Below the pieces are notes generated by a model that saw nothing but the letters and a program-made list of their open reading frames with translations, was not told the origin of the DNA and did not search any database. This document shows, piece after piece, positions 1 to 10,232 of a DNA stretch of 64,000 bases. The DNA is from Ostreococcus lucimarinus (Eukaryota), in NCBI GenBank assembly GCA_000092065.1, contig CP000589.1. One strand, given 5' to 3'. How positions within the stretch are numbered: position 1 is the stretch's first letter; every line of letters starts with the position of its first letter. A program made the position numbers and the translations under genes.

Positions 1-240
1 GGCGCCATCGCGCGACGCGAGTCTTCGACGCGCGAGCGCGCGCGAGCGAGCGCGAGCGCGCGAGCGACGCGCGAGCGAACGCGCGAGCGAACGCGCGAGA
101 CGCCGCGGCGCCGACGCGACGCGCGCGCGCGAGAGGGCGACGACGCGAGAGGCGCGAAAACAAGATCGATCGCGAACGTTCGATCGACGACGCGCGCGCG
201 GCGAGGGCTCGACGCTGAACACGAGGCGAAACGCGCGAAA
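1..240. repeat. GC-rich low-complexity (GCGAGCG/CGCGAGCGAA)n tract
   Basis: Visible reiteration of cgcgagcg(a)a units upstream of the first gene. Confidence 0.6.
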
Positions 241-270
241 GCGTCGTGAAACGCGCGCGCGCGACGCGAG

Positions 271-1932
271 ATGTCGGCGATGGATCTGCAGGGCGTCGGG
301 CGAGAGACGCGGAAGGCGGCGGCGGAGGACGATCGCGCGGAGGACGCGCCGGCGACGAACGCGGAGGACGAGAGCGAGCTCGATATTTGGCGCGCGGCGG
401 CGTATGGGAACGTCGACGCGATGAAACGGATGATCGATGCGGACGAAGGGTGCGTGAACGCGCCGGATGGGTCGGGATTCCGCGCGCTGCAGTGGGCGGC
501 GCTGAATAATAGAGTCGCGGCGGCGACGTTGTTGCTCGAACGCGGGAGTTCGATAAACGCGGGGGATAACGATGGACAGACGGCGCTGCATTGGGCGTGC
601 GTGCGAGGGTCGCTGCCGTGCGCGGAGTTGCTGCTGCGGAAAGGAGCGGAGTTGAACGCGGCGGATTCGCGGGGATACGTGCCGCTGCACGTCGCGGCGC
701 AGTACGGTCACACCGGGATGATTTATCACTTTAAAATGCGATGGAACATCGATGTTGACGTCACCGATCACGACGGTCGAACGGCGCTGCACTGGGCGGC
801 GTACAAAGGGTTTCCCGATCCCGTCAAGTTGTTGGTGTGCATGGACGCGGACGTGTACCGGGCGGATAAGGAAGGCTGCACCGCGCTGCACTGGGCCGCC
901 ATCAAGGGCAAGAGCGAAGCCGCGCATTTAATAGTCCGCGCCGGCGGTTTGAACGCCATGACGGCGGTCGACGTCGACGGAAACACGGCGGAGGCGCTCG
1001 CGCTCGAGAAAGGCCATCACCTCCTGGCGAATTTCCTCGCCAAGGAGCAGCGCGCGCTTTTGAGGCGCGATAATTTTTGGACGCAAAAAGGCTTGGCTGT
1101 CGCGTGCCTCGGCCTCATCGTCGGATTGATGCTGATGTTCTCGCATTACGTCATCTTCGCCGAAGGCGTCGCCACGATGGACGTGACGTTGTCGTTTTGG
1201 TCGCTCGTCAGCCTCGCCTCGGCGAGCTGCGGATTGTACTACATGAAGCGCGTCTCGCAAGCCGACCCGGGGGTCGTCACCGCCTCTATTTTATCCTCCA
1301 TTCGCCGAGGCGCGCGACCGAGCTCGGCGGCGCATGACGTGGACGAGCGATTAAATCACGCCGAGCTTTGGGCCGGAAACTGGAACCAGCTCTGCGTGAC
1401 GTGCAAATTCGTCAAGCCGTTCGGCACGAAGCACTGCGCGGTGCGCGACAAGTGCGTGGCGCGTTTCGATCACTACTGTCCGTGGATGGGGAACACGATC
1501 GGGAAGAGAAATCACAGAGACTTCGTCATCTTTCTCATTCTCGAGTCTCTCGCCATGGCGATCGCCTTTTGCGTCGCCATCGCGCGTTTCAACGAAGAGT
1601 CTCCGACGGAGCGCTTTCGCTCCACCGGGGGCATCGCCTGCTTCGCCGTCTTCGACGCCCTCACTCTCCTCCCCGTCGCCTTGCTCACCGTCGCCCAGCT
1701 CAGTCAAGCCGCCCGGAACATCACCACCAACGAGCTCTCCAACGTCCATCGCTACGCCTACCTCAAATCCGCCGAGGGCAGGTTCGCCAATCCGTTCGAC
1801 CGCGGCTCGTTCGCGCGCAACCTTCGCGCGTTTTTCCTCGTCGGCAAGAAGGAGCCTCTGATCGACGACGTCGCCGCGCGCGGCGTCGCCGTCGGGTTCG
1901 ACGAGCGCCACCCCTTAGATCGCATCGCTTGA
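271..1932 (+). CDS. Ankyrin-repeat DHHC-type palmitoyltransferase (Akr1/ZDHHC17-like)
   Basis: N-terminal ankyrin repeats (TALHWA.. x5), TM segments, DHHC-CRD 'CVTCKFVKPFGTKHCAVRDKCVARFDHYCPWMGNTIG'; ATG at 271. Confidence 0.85.
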   Translation: MSAMDLQGVGRETRKAAAEDDRAEDAPATNAEDESELDIWRAAAYGNVDAMKRMIDADEGCVNAPDGSGFRALQWAALNNRVAAATLLLERGSSINAGDNDGQTALHWACVRGSLPCAELLLRKGAELNAADSRGYVPLHVAAQYGHTGMIYHFKMRWNIDVDVTDHDGRTALHWAAYKGFPDPVKLLVCMDADVYRADKEGCTALHWAAIKGKSEAAHLIVRAGGLNAMTAVDVDGNTAEALALEKGHHLLANFLAKEQRALLRRDNFWTQKGLAVACLGLIVGLMLMFSHYVIFAEGVATMDVTLSFWSLVSLASASCGLYYMKRVSQADPGVVTASILSSIRRGARPSSAAHDVDERLNHAELWAGNWNQLCVTCKFVKPFGTKHCAVRDKCVARFDHYCPWMGNTIGKRNHRDFVIFLILESLAMAIAFCVAIARFNEESPTERFRSTGGIACFAVFDALTLLPVALLTVAQLSQAARNITTNELSNVHRYAYLKSAEGRFANPFDRGSFARNLRAFFLVGKKEPLIDDVAARGVAVGFDERHPLDRIA

Positions 1933-2248
1933 TTCGTAATCAACGTTTCACAGTCGTCCCGCGCGTCCTCGTCGATCCGCCTCGTCGATCCGTCGTCGCC
2001 TCGCGCGCTCGCCTGGGTGCCCACGCCAACGGTCGTGGCATTTTCCACATCGATCGTCATCGCGCGACGCACCGTCGCGTCGACGCCGCGCCGATCGCGC
2101 GCCGCGCGCGACGCGAACGATCGACTCGAGCGCGACGCGCGACGCGCGCGCGCGACGCCGAACGAACGACGAACGACGAACGATCGAACGATCGAACGAT
2201 CGCTCGCGGTTTGAACAGATTTGAAACCGAAACGACTCGACGACGGCG

Positions 2249-2752
2249 ATGCCCAACGCGACGACGCGCGGGACGACGCGGACGATCGCGGGACGCGCGA
2301 TGACGCGCGCGACGACGCGGTGCGTGACGCGCGCGCCGCCGAAACCGCGGACGCGGACGGGGAGCGACCGCGCGGTGCGAAGCGCGCCGGCGCCGGTGAG
2401 CGCGGCGCAGCGAAGAAAACCGCGAGGACGGCGATCGCGCGATGCGACGGACGACGATCGCGCGGACGATGGGAACGGTGGCGATGGTGGCGATTGGTTC
2501 GGCGGCGGCGGCGGCGGCGGCGACGGGGGCGACGGCGACGACGGCGAGGACGAGGACGCGTTTCGAATGGACGCCGACGAGTTGACGGCGTTCGAGCGCG
2601 CGTTGTTCTCGGAGATTGAGGTCATGGACGCGCACGCGTTGTACGCGTGGCAGAGCGCGTGCGCGGTGACGCTCGTCGGGTGCGTGCAGCACGTGATCGA
2701 CGTCGCCGCGGCGAGAGCGCGCGGGTTCGGCGACGCCGTCGCCTTCGCGTGA
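2249..2752 (+). CDS. Possible small protein (Arg/Thr-rich N-term, (GGC)n-encoded Gly/Asp linker, ~55-aa non-repetitive C-term)
   Basis: Only ORF in the unusually long 940-bp gap between flanking genes; C-terminal part has coding-like GC3 usage; no recognisable domain. Confidence 0.2.
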   Translation: MPNATTRGTTRTIAGRAMTRATTRCVTRAPPKPRTRTGSDRAVRSAPAPVSAAQRRKPRGRRSRDATDDDRADDGNGGDGGDWFGGGGGGGDGGDGDDGEDEDAFRMDADELTAFERALFSEIEVMDAHALYAWQSACAVTLVGCVQHVIDVAAARARGFGDAVAFA

Positions 2753-2873
2753 GCGATCCGAGACGACGAACCGGTCGTCCGCGCCGACGCGCGCTGTACG
2801 CTACGAAGCCATCACGTGGAGTGTTGTGCATTATCTTTTTCCGATCCACGGTGTTGTATATCAGTTGTAAACG

Positions 2874-3767
2874 ATGCGAAGCGAACGCGTTCGTCCGCAC
2901 TTCGCCGCGCGCGCGATGGCGTCGCGCCCTCGAGTCCTCGTCCTCGCCCGCGCGTCGTCCGCGTCGTCCGCGACGACGCGCGCTCCCGAGTACCGCGCCG
3001 CGGGCTATCGCACGTTCGTCGATCCATCGCCGAGCGCGAGCGCGACGCGCGTAAAGATTGACTGCGGACCCGTGCGCGCCTACACCGGCGGACGTTACGA
3101 CGGCGACACGCTCCGCGCGCCGTGGGATTCGGCGCAGACGACGCCCAAGGGCGACGGAGCGTCGAACTCGACGACGCAGCGCACGTACGTGTTCGACACG
3201 ACGCTCGCCGGGGCGAGCGAAGTGCTGAGCGTGACGGCGGCGAGGCCGCTGGGAATAATCTTCGAAGACGACGCCGACGGACGCGCGCGCGTCGCTGATT
3301 TCGTGAAAGGGAGCGATGCGGCGCGAGCGAACGACGTCGCGGCGCTGGCGCCGTTCGGAAGGCAGTGCGCGCGACGAGGGGACGTGCTGCGGGCGTTCAC
3401 GGCGACGCAGGTGGTGTATCGGACGACGGCGGCGCTGACGGGGGATTTGAGCGGTACGAAACGCGTGCGGACGCTGTTCGGCGCGGACGAGGTGCCGTGG
3501 GGGGAGGTGAGCGCGGCGTTGGCGAACGGGAGGGTGGCCGATGGGCCGATCACGTTGGTATTGGAACGCGACGGCGATCGCGAACGCGCCGAAAATTGGC
3601 CGAGAAGAGAAGAGGAGCTCGAGTTTAGGGGGTTGGGCGACGAGAGCACGCAGGCGAAGAGGCAGCGAGAACGCTTCGAATCGGATGAAGACACCGAACG
3701 GGCGAATATCGCCTTCGCGGGCGCGATCGCGGCGTTTGTTCTGTTGATCCTCGCCGGGTTCTCGTAG
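2874..3767 (+). CDS. Hypothetical protein with PDZ-like fold region and C-terminal TM anchor (transit-peptide-like N-term)
   Basis: ORF; 'LGIIFEDDADGRARVADFVKG...GDVLRAF' PDZ-like; hydrophobic tail 'IAFAGAIAAFVLLILAGF'; ATG alternatives 2874/2916. Confidence 0.5.
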   Translation: MRSERVRPHFAARAMASRPRVLVLARASSASSATTRAPEYRAAGYRTFVDPSPSASATRVKIDCGPVRAYTGGRYDGDTLRAPWDSAQTTPKGDGASNSTTQRTYVFDTTLAGASEVLSVTAARPLGIIFEDDADGRARVADFVKGSDAARANDVAALAPFGRQCARRGDVLRAFTATQVVYRTTAALTGDLSGTKRVRTLFGADEVPWGEVSAALANGRVADGPITLVLERDGDRERAENWPRREEELEFRGLGDESTQAKRQRERFESDEDTERANIAFAGAIAAFVLLILAGFS

Positions 3768-3828
3768 AGCTGTAGAGGAGAAATCGAAATCGCGCGCGCA
3801 TTGTTTGTACATTGATTTATACATTCAT

Positions 3829-5308
3829 TTAAAGTTTCCTTCGCTCGGCTTCGACTTTTCCTTTCAGTCTTTCGTGCGTGCGGTTTCGAGACGGCGTCGG
3901 CTCCGGCGTCGTGTCGGTGTCGATGCCCACGACCGTGCCGCCGGCTATCTCCTCCGCCAGCGACGCGTCGACGCTCAGTTTGTTCGACGTGTCCAGGAAC
4001 AACATCAAGTCGCGATTTTCTTCCTCGAGTTCTTTGATTCTCGCGTCTTTTATCGCCAATTCGATCGTTTTACGCTTTTCAGCGCGCGTCGCTTCCGCCC
4101 TGAGCGTCTCGACGTTTTCAGCCAACGTATCGCTGAGCGCGTGCGCGTGCTCGAGCTCGTCGCGGAGCTGTTCAATCGACGCCACGTGCGACGCGTTCGC
4201 CTTTTGAAGCATTTTCAATTCACGTTTGGCGTCCTTCGCTTCGCTCATCGCTCGCGCCACCACGGCGGCGTTCCTACTGTCCTCGTCTTCTCGCGAGATC
4301 GTCCCCGCGCACCTCGCGTTGGCCGTCTGGAGCAAGCCTTCGAAATACTTGCGTTGCGATTCGAGCTGTGACGTCAAGAGTAAGTCGTACTCGCTCGCGA
4401 TGGCGTCGAGTTTGGACGCCACCAGCGCTTCCTCGAGTTGTGCGTCCAAATCGCCGACGTCTGGCGCGCGAATCGGCGAGCACGCCGCGCCGCTCGCGTC
4501 CGAAGACGACGCCCTTCGCGTCGACGGCGGCGGCGTCAGTTCGACGAGTCCGCTCTTGCTCTGAATCAACCGGTGCACGAAGCCATCTGAGACGTAATCC
4601 CACACGCGTTGCGTTCCGAGCTCGAGCGCGTACGTGTGATTCGTCTCCGTCCAGTGATTCACCGCGCACGCCCCCGCGTAGCGTCCGCACCGCACTTCGC
4701 CGCAAATCAAGCACACCCACAAATCGTGATCCTTACCGCACGTCGCGCACCGCGCCTTGCTCTCCGGCTCGTGCGCGTACCGACACACCGGACACGACGC
4801 GTCCGCCCACCCGCTCAGGCACTCCGCGTGAAACGCGTGTTCGCAAATCGTCGTCACTATTCCCGACGCCTCCGCGTCCAGCCTATCCAGGCACACCGGA
4901 CACGTCGGCACCTCCGTTCCCAGCGTCCCGCTCGCCTCCGCCCCCTCCTCCACGCGCACCACGCGCACCGCCACGCACGTCTCCTCCCGTCCCATCGCGT
5001 ACCTCCGCCCGTGATAATTCTCCACGAACGCGTCCGCCGCGTCGCCGTCGTCGAACTCCAGCACCGCGTCGTACGTCGACCGCGCGCCGTCGCCGCGTCC
5101 CGCCACCGCGCGCACCGACCGCGTCGTCGCCATCGCGCCCGCGACGAATCGACAGAAATCCGCGATCGCGATCGCGCTCGGCACGCCGACGACGCACGCC
5201 GCGTTCGCGTTCCGTCGCGTCGTCGTCGCGCATCCGTCGTCGCGCGTCGTCTTGAACAATCGCACGCGTCCGCGCGTCGCGCCGACCGTCGGCGCGCCGT
5301 CGGCGCGT

Positions 5309-5345
<37 letters not shown>

Positions 5346-5370
5346 GCTCGACGCGCGCGGCGTGCGCCAT
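3829..5370 (-). CDS. BRAP: BRAP2-type RING/zf-UBP E3 ubiquitin ligase (BRCA1-associated protein homolog)
   Basis: BRAP2 domain, RING 'CPVCLDRLD..CEHAFHAECLSGW..CPVCRY', zf-UBP 'CATCGKDHDLWVCLICGEVRCGRY', 'VHRLIQSK' and 'LLLTSQLESQRKYFE' colinear with human BRAP; C-terminal coiled coil. Poly-Asp N-term from (GTC)n; start may be 5370 or internal Met 5133. Confidence 0.85.
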
Positions 5371-5422
5371 CGCGACGCGCCGACGGTCGTCTTTGACGCG
5401 TCACTCTCTGACGCGCGCGTCG

Positions 5423-6514
5423 ATGGCGACGACGACGACGGCGCGCGTCGACGCGCGCGGCGCCTTCTTCGAGCGATTGCACGCGCTCGCGCCCGCGCGC
5501 CGGCGCGACGACGGCGACGACGCGCGACCGCGCGGGAGGTTCGCGCGCGCGCCGAGCGCGAGGGCGGCGGCGCGACTGCAGCGAAAGACGACGAAACGGG
5601 CGGCGCTGACGCCGCGAGGGCGCGCGCGCGCGGGCGACGCGCGCGACGCGCGCGATGACGACGACGGCGCGAGCGATTCGGAGGCGAGCGCGGAGGACGG
5701 GCGCGCGGACGCGGACGGGAGGGGAGGCGACGACGACGACGACGACGACGAAGACGACGAAGACGCGCGGGCGAGGTGGAGCTTCGAGAGACGGTCGGAG
5801 GATAAGCTGGAGGCGCTGCGAGAGCGGTTGAGGAAGAAGATTGAGAGCAGTCGCACGGCGAGGCGGGCGGTGGAGACGGCGGAGACGGCGAGGGATGCGA
5901 AGGAGTGGCGGGAGCGGAGGAACGAGGCGAAGCGAGAGAAAAAGAGAAAGGAACGCGCGAACGCGACGTTGACGGAGGCGAGGAGGGGGGAGAAGAGGGC
6001 CAAGGGCGTCGATGGCGAGGCGAAGGGTGGGATGGGCGCGGGCGGGGGAGGCGCGAGCGATATGGCGTTCGGTCGGATCACGACGGACGACGTCGCGCTC
6101 AACTCGGGGCGGAAAAAGAAGAAGGAATCCAAGGAAGCGCTTTTGCGTAAAGTGCAAGCGCGCCAGAAGGCGATCGACGACGCCGGTGGCGAGGAAGGCG
6201 GTGGTAAGGCGGTCGCGGAGAAATTTGCGTGGGAGGCGGCGCTTTCGCGCGCGTCGGGTGAAAAGGTTTTAGACGACCCAAAACTCTTGCAAAAGAGCAT
6301 CAAACGCGAGGCCAGGGCGAAGAAGAAGAGCCGCGAGAAGTGGGAAGAACGCACGGCTAAGGTTAAAGAACAAATGGACGCGGCACAAACGAAACGCAAG
6401 AGCAACATCAAGGCTCGCAAGGACGGAAAGATGGAGCGAAAGATGGACAAGGCGTCGAACAAACGCAACCGTCCGGGGTTCGAGGGTCGAAGCGACGGCT
6501 TCATCAACAAGTAG
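5423..6514 (+). CDS. SURF6: SURF6/Rrp14-like nucleolar ribosome-biogenesis protein
   Basis: Lys/Arg/Glu-rich; C-terminal SURF6-type tail ending '...NKRNRPGFEGRSDGFINK'. ORF-track start 5252 overlaps BRAP2 5' end; first plausible ATG 5423. Confidence 0.6.
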   Translation: MATTTTARVDARGAFFERLHALAPARRRDDGDDARPRGRFARAPSARAAARLQRKTTKRAALTPRGRARAGDARDARDDDDGASDSEASAEDGRADADGRGGDDDDDDDEDDEDARARWSFERRSEDKLEALRERLRKKIESSRTARRAVETAETARDAKEWRERRNEAKREKKRKERANATLTEARRGEKRAKGVDGEAKGGMGAGGGGASDMAFGRITTDDVALNSGRKKKKESKEALLRKVQARQKAIDDAGGEEGGGKAVAEKFAWEAALSRASGEKVLDDPKLLQKSIKREARAKKKSREKWEERTAKVKEQMDAAQTKRKSNIKARKDGKMERKMDKASNKRNRPGFEGRSDGFINK

Positions 6515-6571
6515 TCGAGCGATGCGCCCACGTGTCATATTATTCTCATGTTTTTACATTCGCCGTAAGCT

Positions 6572-9340
6572 CTAAATTCCATAGTAGCCGTTGAAGTCGA
6601 GTCGCGATAACAGACTCGCAACGTTGGTGTCGACGTCGCCGGCGTCGTTCAGAGCGTTTAATAAATCGCCGAGGAAGTGCCGGAACTGCGACCGCGTATC
6701 GCTCGTCACGGCTTCGATCTCTTCCTCCAATGCGACCAATCTATCCGCCGTCATAGCGTCCATGCTATTCTCCTTCAACCGTTCGATGGTGTCTGCGAAA
6801 CGCTGGCTGTCCCGGGCAAAGCGCAAGCACGCCGCTCGCGCGCGCTCCAAACGCTTCAAAATCTTGGGCCAGAACAACATCGCATCCTTCATGCAGGCCT
6901 CCAAAAACGCATCGTGTCCGGCGATCAGTTCATCCACGGACTGCGCGTCGTCCACGCGCGCGATCATCCTATCCCAATGAGGCTCGATGACCTCATTCGT
7001 GATGTAGTACAAATAGTTTTGCAAAAAGTTCAACATTCGCTGCGTGAGCGTGTGGGCCTGGGCGAACATGCGACCGAGTTGCGCGCCGCGCATGACTTGC
7101 AGACGCTGCCAACCCGCACAAAGTTCGCGTTCGGCGCACTTGAAATTGAACAGATGTCTGAAAAGAATTTGATACTTTGTCACGGCACGACGGTTGAGCA
7201 CGACGCTCGCCGGCCAAGGCGTGTCGTAATCGAGCACGAAGGCATCGAATCCAGAAAGCTCGTCCCCGTCACCGGTGGCTTTCGAAGGAGTCACAGCGGC
7301 AGAGTCGTCATCATCAATGCTGGAAAGTTGTCTCGATAGACCGTGACCGTCGATAGAGCATAACAAGTCGTCGCCGTGGTGGTCGGTCGCCGTGCTGGAC
7401 GACTTCACGGCGATATCCAAAAGCGTTTGAAGCTTGGGCAGACGAATGTCATCTGCGTCCTTTTCCAACTCAGACGCCGCGGTGTCTAGGAAATGCACGA
7501 GATAATCTCCTCGAGCGAGCAAGAAGTACATCTTCATGCTCATCAGTCGTGATTTCAACTCGCCGTCTTCCCACATGATTTGTAACAATTTGCGCGAAGC
7601 GTGCTCAAATCTATCGTCAATGCGATCCGCGTACTTCCCCGTGCCGATGATCATGTTCGGCCCGAAGTACATCTTACCGAGCCCGTCTCTCGGCTTCGCT
7701 GGGAGCTCGGCAATCGCGGACACCTTGGTCTCACGCACCGCGTTCAAATAGCGCCCCGTGGTGAGTATTTTTTGCGCAAGTTGTTTCCCTATGAATTGCG
7801 GAATCTCCTCGCGAAGGGAATAGCGTTTCGTCCAATACGCCGAGTTATAATCATCGGCCAGAGACGTTTTCTTCATCTCACGTTGCTCAACGATCAAAAA
7901 CTCGTCGTAAGGATCGTCGACTTGTCCATCGTAAACCCACAGCTCGATGGCGCGGCTGTACGGCGCCGAAGTCGCTTTGCTCAAACGCTGCACCAAAGCC
8001 GACACCGCACCATCGCCAGCGTGTTCGCAGCCTTCTCGGTGCAACAGATTGAGTATGCTCGCACCTTTCAAATGGTACGCTCTGCTCGCCACGCTCGCCA
8101 TGAGGCGCAAAGCCGGCGCGGCGGGTTGACAATAAAACCACGCCGCCTGAAGTGAAAGTGAGCCGATGTTGCGTTGGTGCTCGAGCTGCACGATCAACGT
8201 GTGCCAATCGTTCAGCAAATCGCGCATTTCCGCCGCTAACGCGTGGGATACGTAGCCATGCTTGAACTCATGCCGAGATTCGATGAAGGCACGCACGGTC
8301 GCCGCGTCCGAGCACAACGGAAGCATATTCTTAACCAACGCCGCGAGCGGCGCCTCGAGCCCCAGCTCAACCTCAAACTTTACTCGCGTCAGTCGATCGT
8401 CTTTGACCACGACACCCGAGCTCGTCTCGTCGTCTGTGCCCTTCCACGCGCTGATGTATCGCCCGTCGACGCCCATCATCGCGTATAACAAATCATCTAA
8501 AACCAGCAACTCTTGCTCGGCGGTGCCGTAATCGCTCAACGCCTTGACGTTTCTGTCTTGCTCCGCCCCACTCCCGAGATGCGCGCCCGTGAGAAACGGC
8601 CGCTTATAGTTCCAGTCGGGTAACTTTGGACCATCGGCGAGCTCGGTTGGTCGCGACACTATCGTGCGCTCTGGCTTACCGAACAATCCGCCCGAGCGTC
8701 TCTGCGAGCTTCCCACCGTCATGCGTCCGAAATCGCCAGCCAAGTTCGCGCTCACCCCCGACGCGCTCGCATCGCGCGAGCTCACGGAGCTCGTCATATT
8801 CTTTCCGAGCGCGGCGTAACGCTCTGGCGTCCCTAATCCACCCGGAGACGACACGAACGACGGCTCATCGCTCTCCGGCGTATCGCTCGCGCGTCGTCGT
8901 CCGCTCGCCGACGTCCCCATCCTCCCCGCCTCCATCTCCGCCTCCGCCGCGCGCGCCCCCGCCTCCGACACCGCAAACGCCAGCTCCTCATCGCTCGCGA
9001 TCTTCGCCATCACCGCCAAATACCGATCCAACTCCTCCACTCGCAGCGCTCGCAGCCGGTCGCACTCCGCCGCGAACGCCTCCGCGCGCGCCCCACTCCT
9101 CTCGCTCAGCACCCTCCGCGACTGCGCGATCGCCACCTTCGTCACGTCGTACTTCGATATCATCTTCCCCAGCATCGCCGTCGACGCCTGCGCGAGCGAT
9201 TCCGTGAACCGGTGCGTCGCGTCCAGCCCGAGCGCCTCGGTCAGCGCGCGCACCGCGCGTTCCAGCGTCTCCCGCGTCCGCGCGTCGTCGTCCGCGCCCT
9301 CGTCGTCGTCCGCGCCGTCGTCCATCGTCGCGCGACGCAT
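6572..9340 (-). CDS. TUBGCP2: Gamma-tubulin complex component 2 (Spc97/GCP2)
   Basis: Colinear with human GCP2 over GRIP1/GRIP2: 'DLLYAMMGVDGRYISA', 'HALAAEMRDLL', 'SLQAAWFYCQPA', 'WVYDGQVDDPYDEFLIVEQ', 'YQILFRHLFNFKCAERELC', C-term 'LSRLDFNGYY'. Confidence 0.9.
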   Translation of the reverse strand: MRRATMDDGADDDEGADDDARTRETLERAVRALTEALGLDATHRFTESLAQASTAMLGKMISKYDVTKVAIAQSRRVLSERSGARAEAFAAECDRLRALRVEELDRYLAVMAKIASDEELAFAVSEAGARAAEAEMEAGRMGTSASGRRRASDTPESDEPSFVSSPGGLGTPERYAALGKNMTSSVSSRDASASGVSANLAGDFGRMTVGSSQRRSGGLFGKPERTIVSRPTELADGPKLPDWNYKRPFLTGAHLGSGAEQDRNVKALSDYGTAEQELLVLDDLLYAMMGVDGRYISAWKGTDDETSSGVVVKDDRLTRVKFEVELGLEAPLAALVKNMLPLCSDAATVRAFIESRHEFKHGYVSHALAAEMRDLLNDWHTLIVQLEHQRNIGSLSLQAAWFYCQPAAPALRLMASVASRAYHLKGASILNLLHREGCEHAGDGAVSALVQRLSKATSAPYSRAIELWVYDGQVDDPYDEFLIVEQREMKKTSLADDYNSAYWTKRYSLREEIPQFIGKQLAQKILTTGRYLNAVRETKVSAIAELPAKPRDGLGKMYFGPNMIIGTGKYADRIDDRFEHASRKLLQIMWEDGELKSRLMSMKMYFLLARGDYLVHFLDTAASELEKDADDIRLPKLQTLLDIAVKSSSTATDHHGDDLLCSIDGHGLSRQLSSIDDDDSAAVTPSKATGDGDELSGFDAFVLDYDTPWPASVVLNRRAVTKYQILFRHLFNFKCAERELCAGWQRLQVMRGAQLGRMFAQAHTLTQRMLNFLQNYLYYITNEVIEPHWDRMIARVDDAQSVDELIAGHDAFLEACMKDAMLFWPKILKRLERARAACLRFARDSQRFADTIERLKENSMDAMTADRLVALEEEIEAVTSDTRSQFRHFLGDLLNALNDAGDVDTNVASLLSRLDFNGYYGI

Positions 9341-9638
9341 CGCTCGCCGCGCGCGTCGCCGGCGCCGTCGCCCGCGCCGCGGCGCTCGAGTGCCGCGCGC
9401 GCGTCAACGGATTTCGAATTTTCCGACGCCGCGCGCGCGCGTCGATCGATCGCGCGATCGATCGCGCGCCGATCGTCCATCGATGGACCGTCGATCGACG
9501 CCGTCGCGATCGATCGATCGAACGGCGGTCGCGCGGGGCGAGATTTCGCCAAACGGCGGCGAATGCGAACGACGCCGTCGCGCGCGCGTCGCGCGCGCGC
9601 GCCGTCTCTCTTCGACGCGTCGAACCGACGCCGCGACC
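9341..9638. promoter_or_regulatory. Divergent GCP2/RPL18 promoter region with a cluster of ATCGAT / CGATCGATCG palindromes
   Basis: 9420-9530 holds at least 8 overlapping atcgat/cgatcg motifs between two divergently oriented genes. Confidence 0.3.
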
Positions 9639-9641
9639 ATG
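9639..9641 (+). CDS. RPL18: 60S ribosomal protein L18 (eL18) exon 1 (ATG only)
   Basis: ATG immediately followed by donor GTGCGT; supplies the Met missing from exon 2, which begins GIDL.. (eL18 starts MGIDL). Confidence 0.6.
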
Positions 9642-9982
9642 GTGCGTGCGCGCGCGATCGACGACGGCGCGGTGATGCGTTCGATGCGCGGGGTCGCGAC
9701 GCGCGGGCGCGCGACGCGCGACGGGCGCGCGCGACGGGCGCGACGCGAGAAGCGCGATGCGAGACGCGTGGGGTTTCGGCGCGGCGACGCGGGGCGTCGA
9801 TGGCGACGACGGCGGGCGATGGCGCGCGCCGGGGAGGGGGGAGAGGGTGGAGATGAATACGTGGGATCGATCGCGCGACGCGCGGGGACGCGGGCGGCGG
9901 GGGGGGCGACGGGGGGGGCGAGGGATGGGCGATCGAGCGATCGGCGCGACTGACGGGACGACGCGATGTTTCGACGACGTAG

Positions 9983-10072
9983 GGTATCGATCTTAAGGCT
10001 GGTGGCCGTAACAAGAAGACCAATCGCACGGCGCCGAAGTCTGACAATGTGTACTTGAAGCTCTTGGTGAAG
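9983..10072 (+). CDS. RPL18: eL18 exon 2
   Basis: After TAG acceptor (branch ACTGACG 9949-9955) encodes '[30 protein letters not shown]', the canonical eL18 N-terminus; ends AAG|GTGCGC. Confidence 0.8.
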
Positions 10073-10232
10073 GTGCGCGAACGACGCGACGGAGGGACGG
10101 GGGAAGGATGGGGACGACGGCGAGGAAAGCCCTAGCCGGGAGGTCGCGCGCGACGACGCGCGAAACGCGAAGGCGAGGCGATGATGATGCGATTGGAGAG
10201 ACTGACGAATGATGATGCGCTCGCGATGACAG

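Noticed and set aside
4548-4554. ACTGACG branch-site heptamer inside the BRAP2 coding region (also 8377-8383 inside GCP2)
   Set aside because: The surrounding protein sequence is colinear with human BRAP (VHRLIQSKSGLVEL / LLLTSQLESQRKYFE) and with human GCP2 respectively, so these are chance occurrences in exons (E-L-T / R-L-T codons), not introns.
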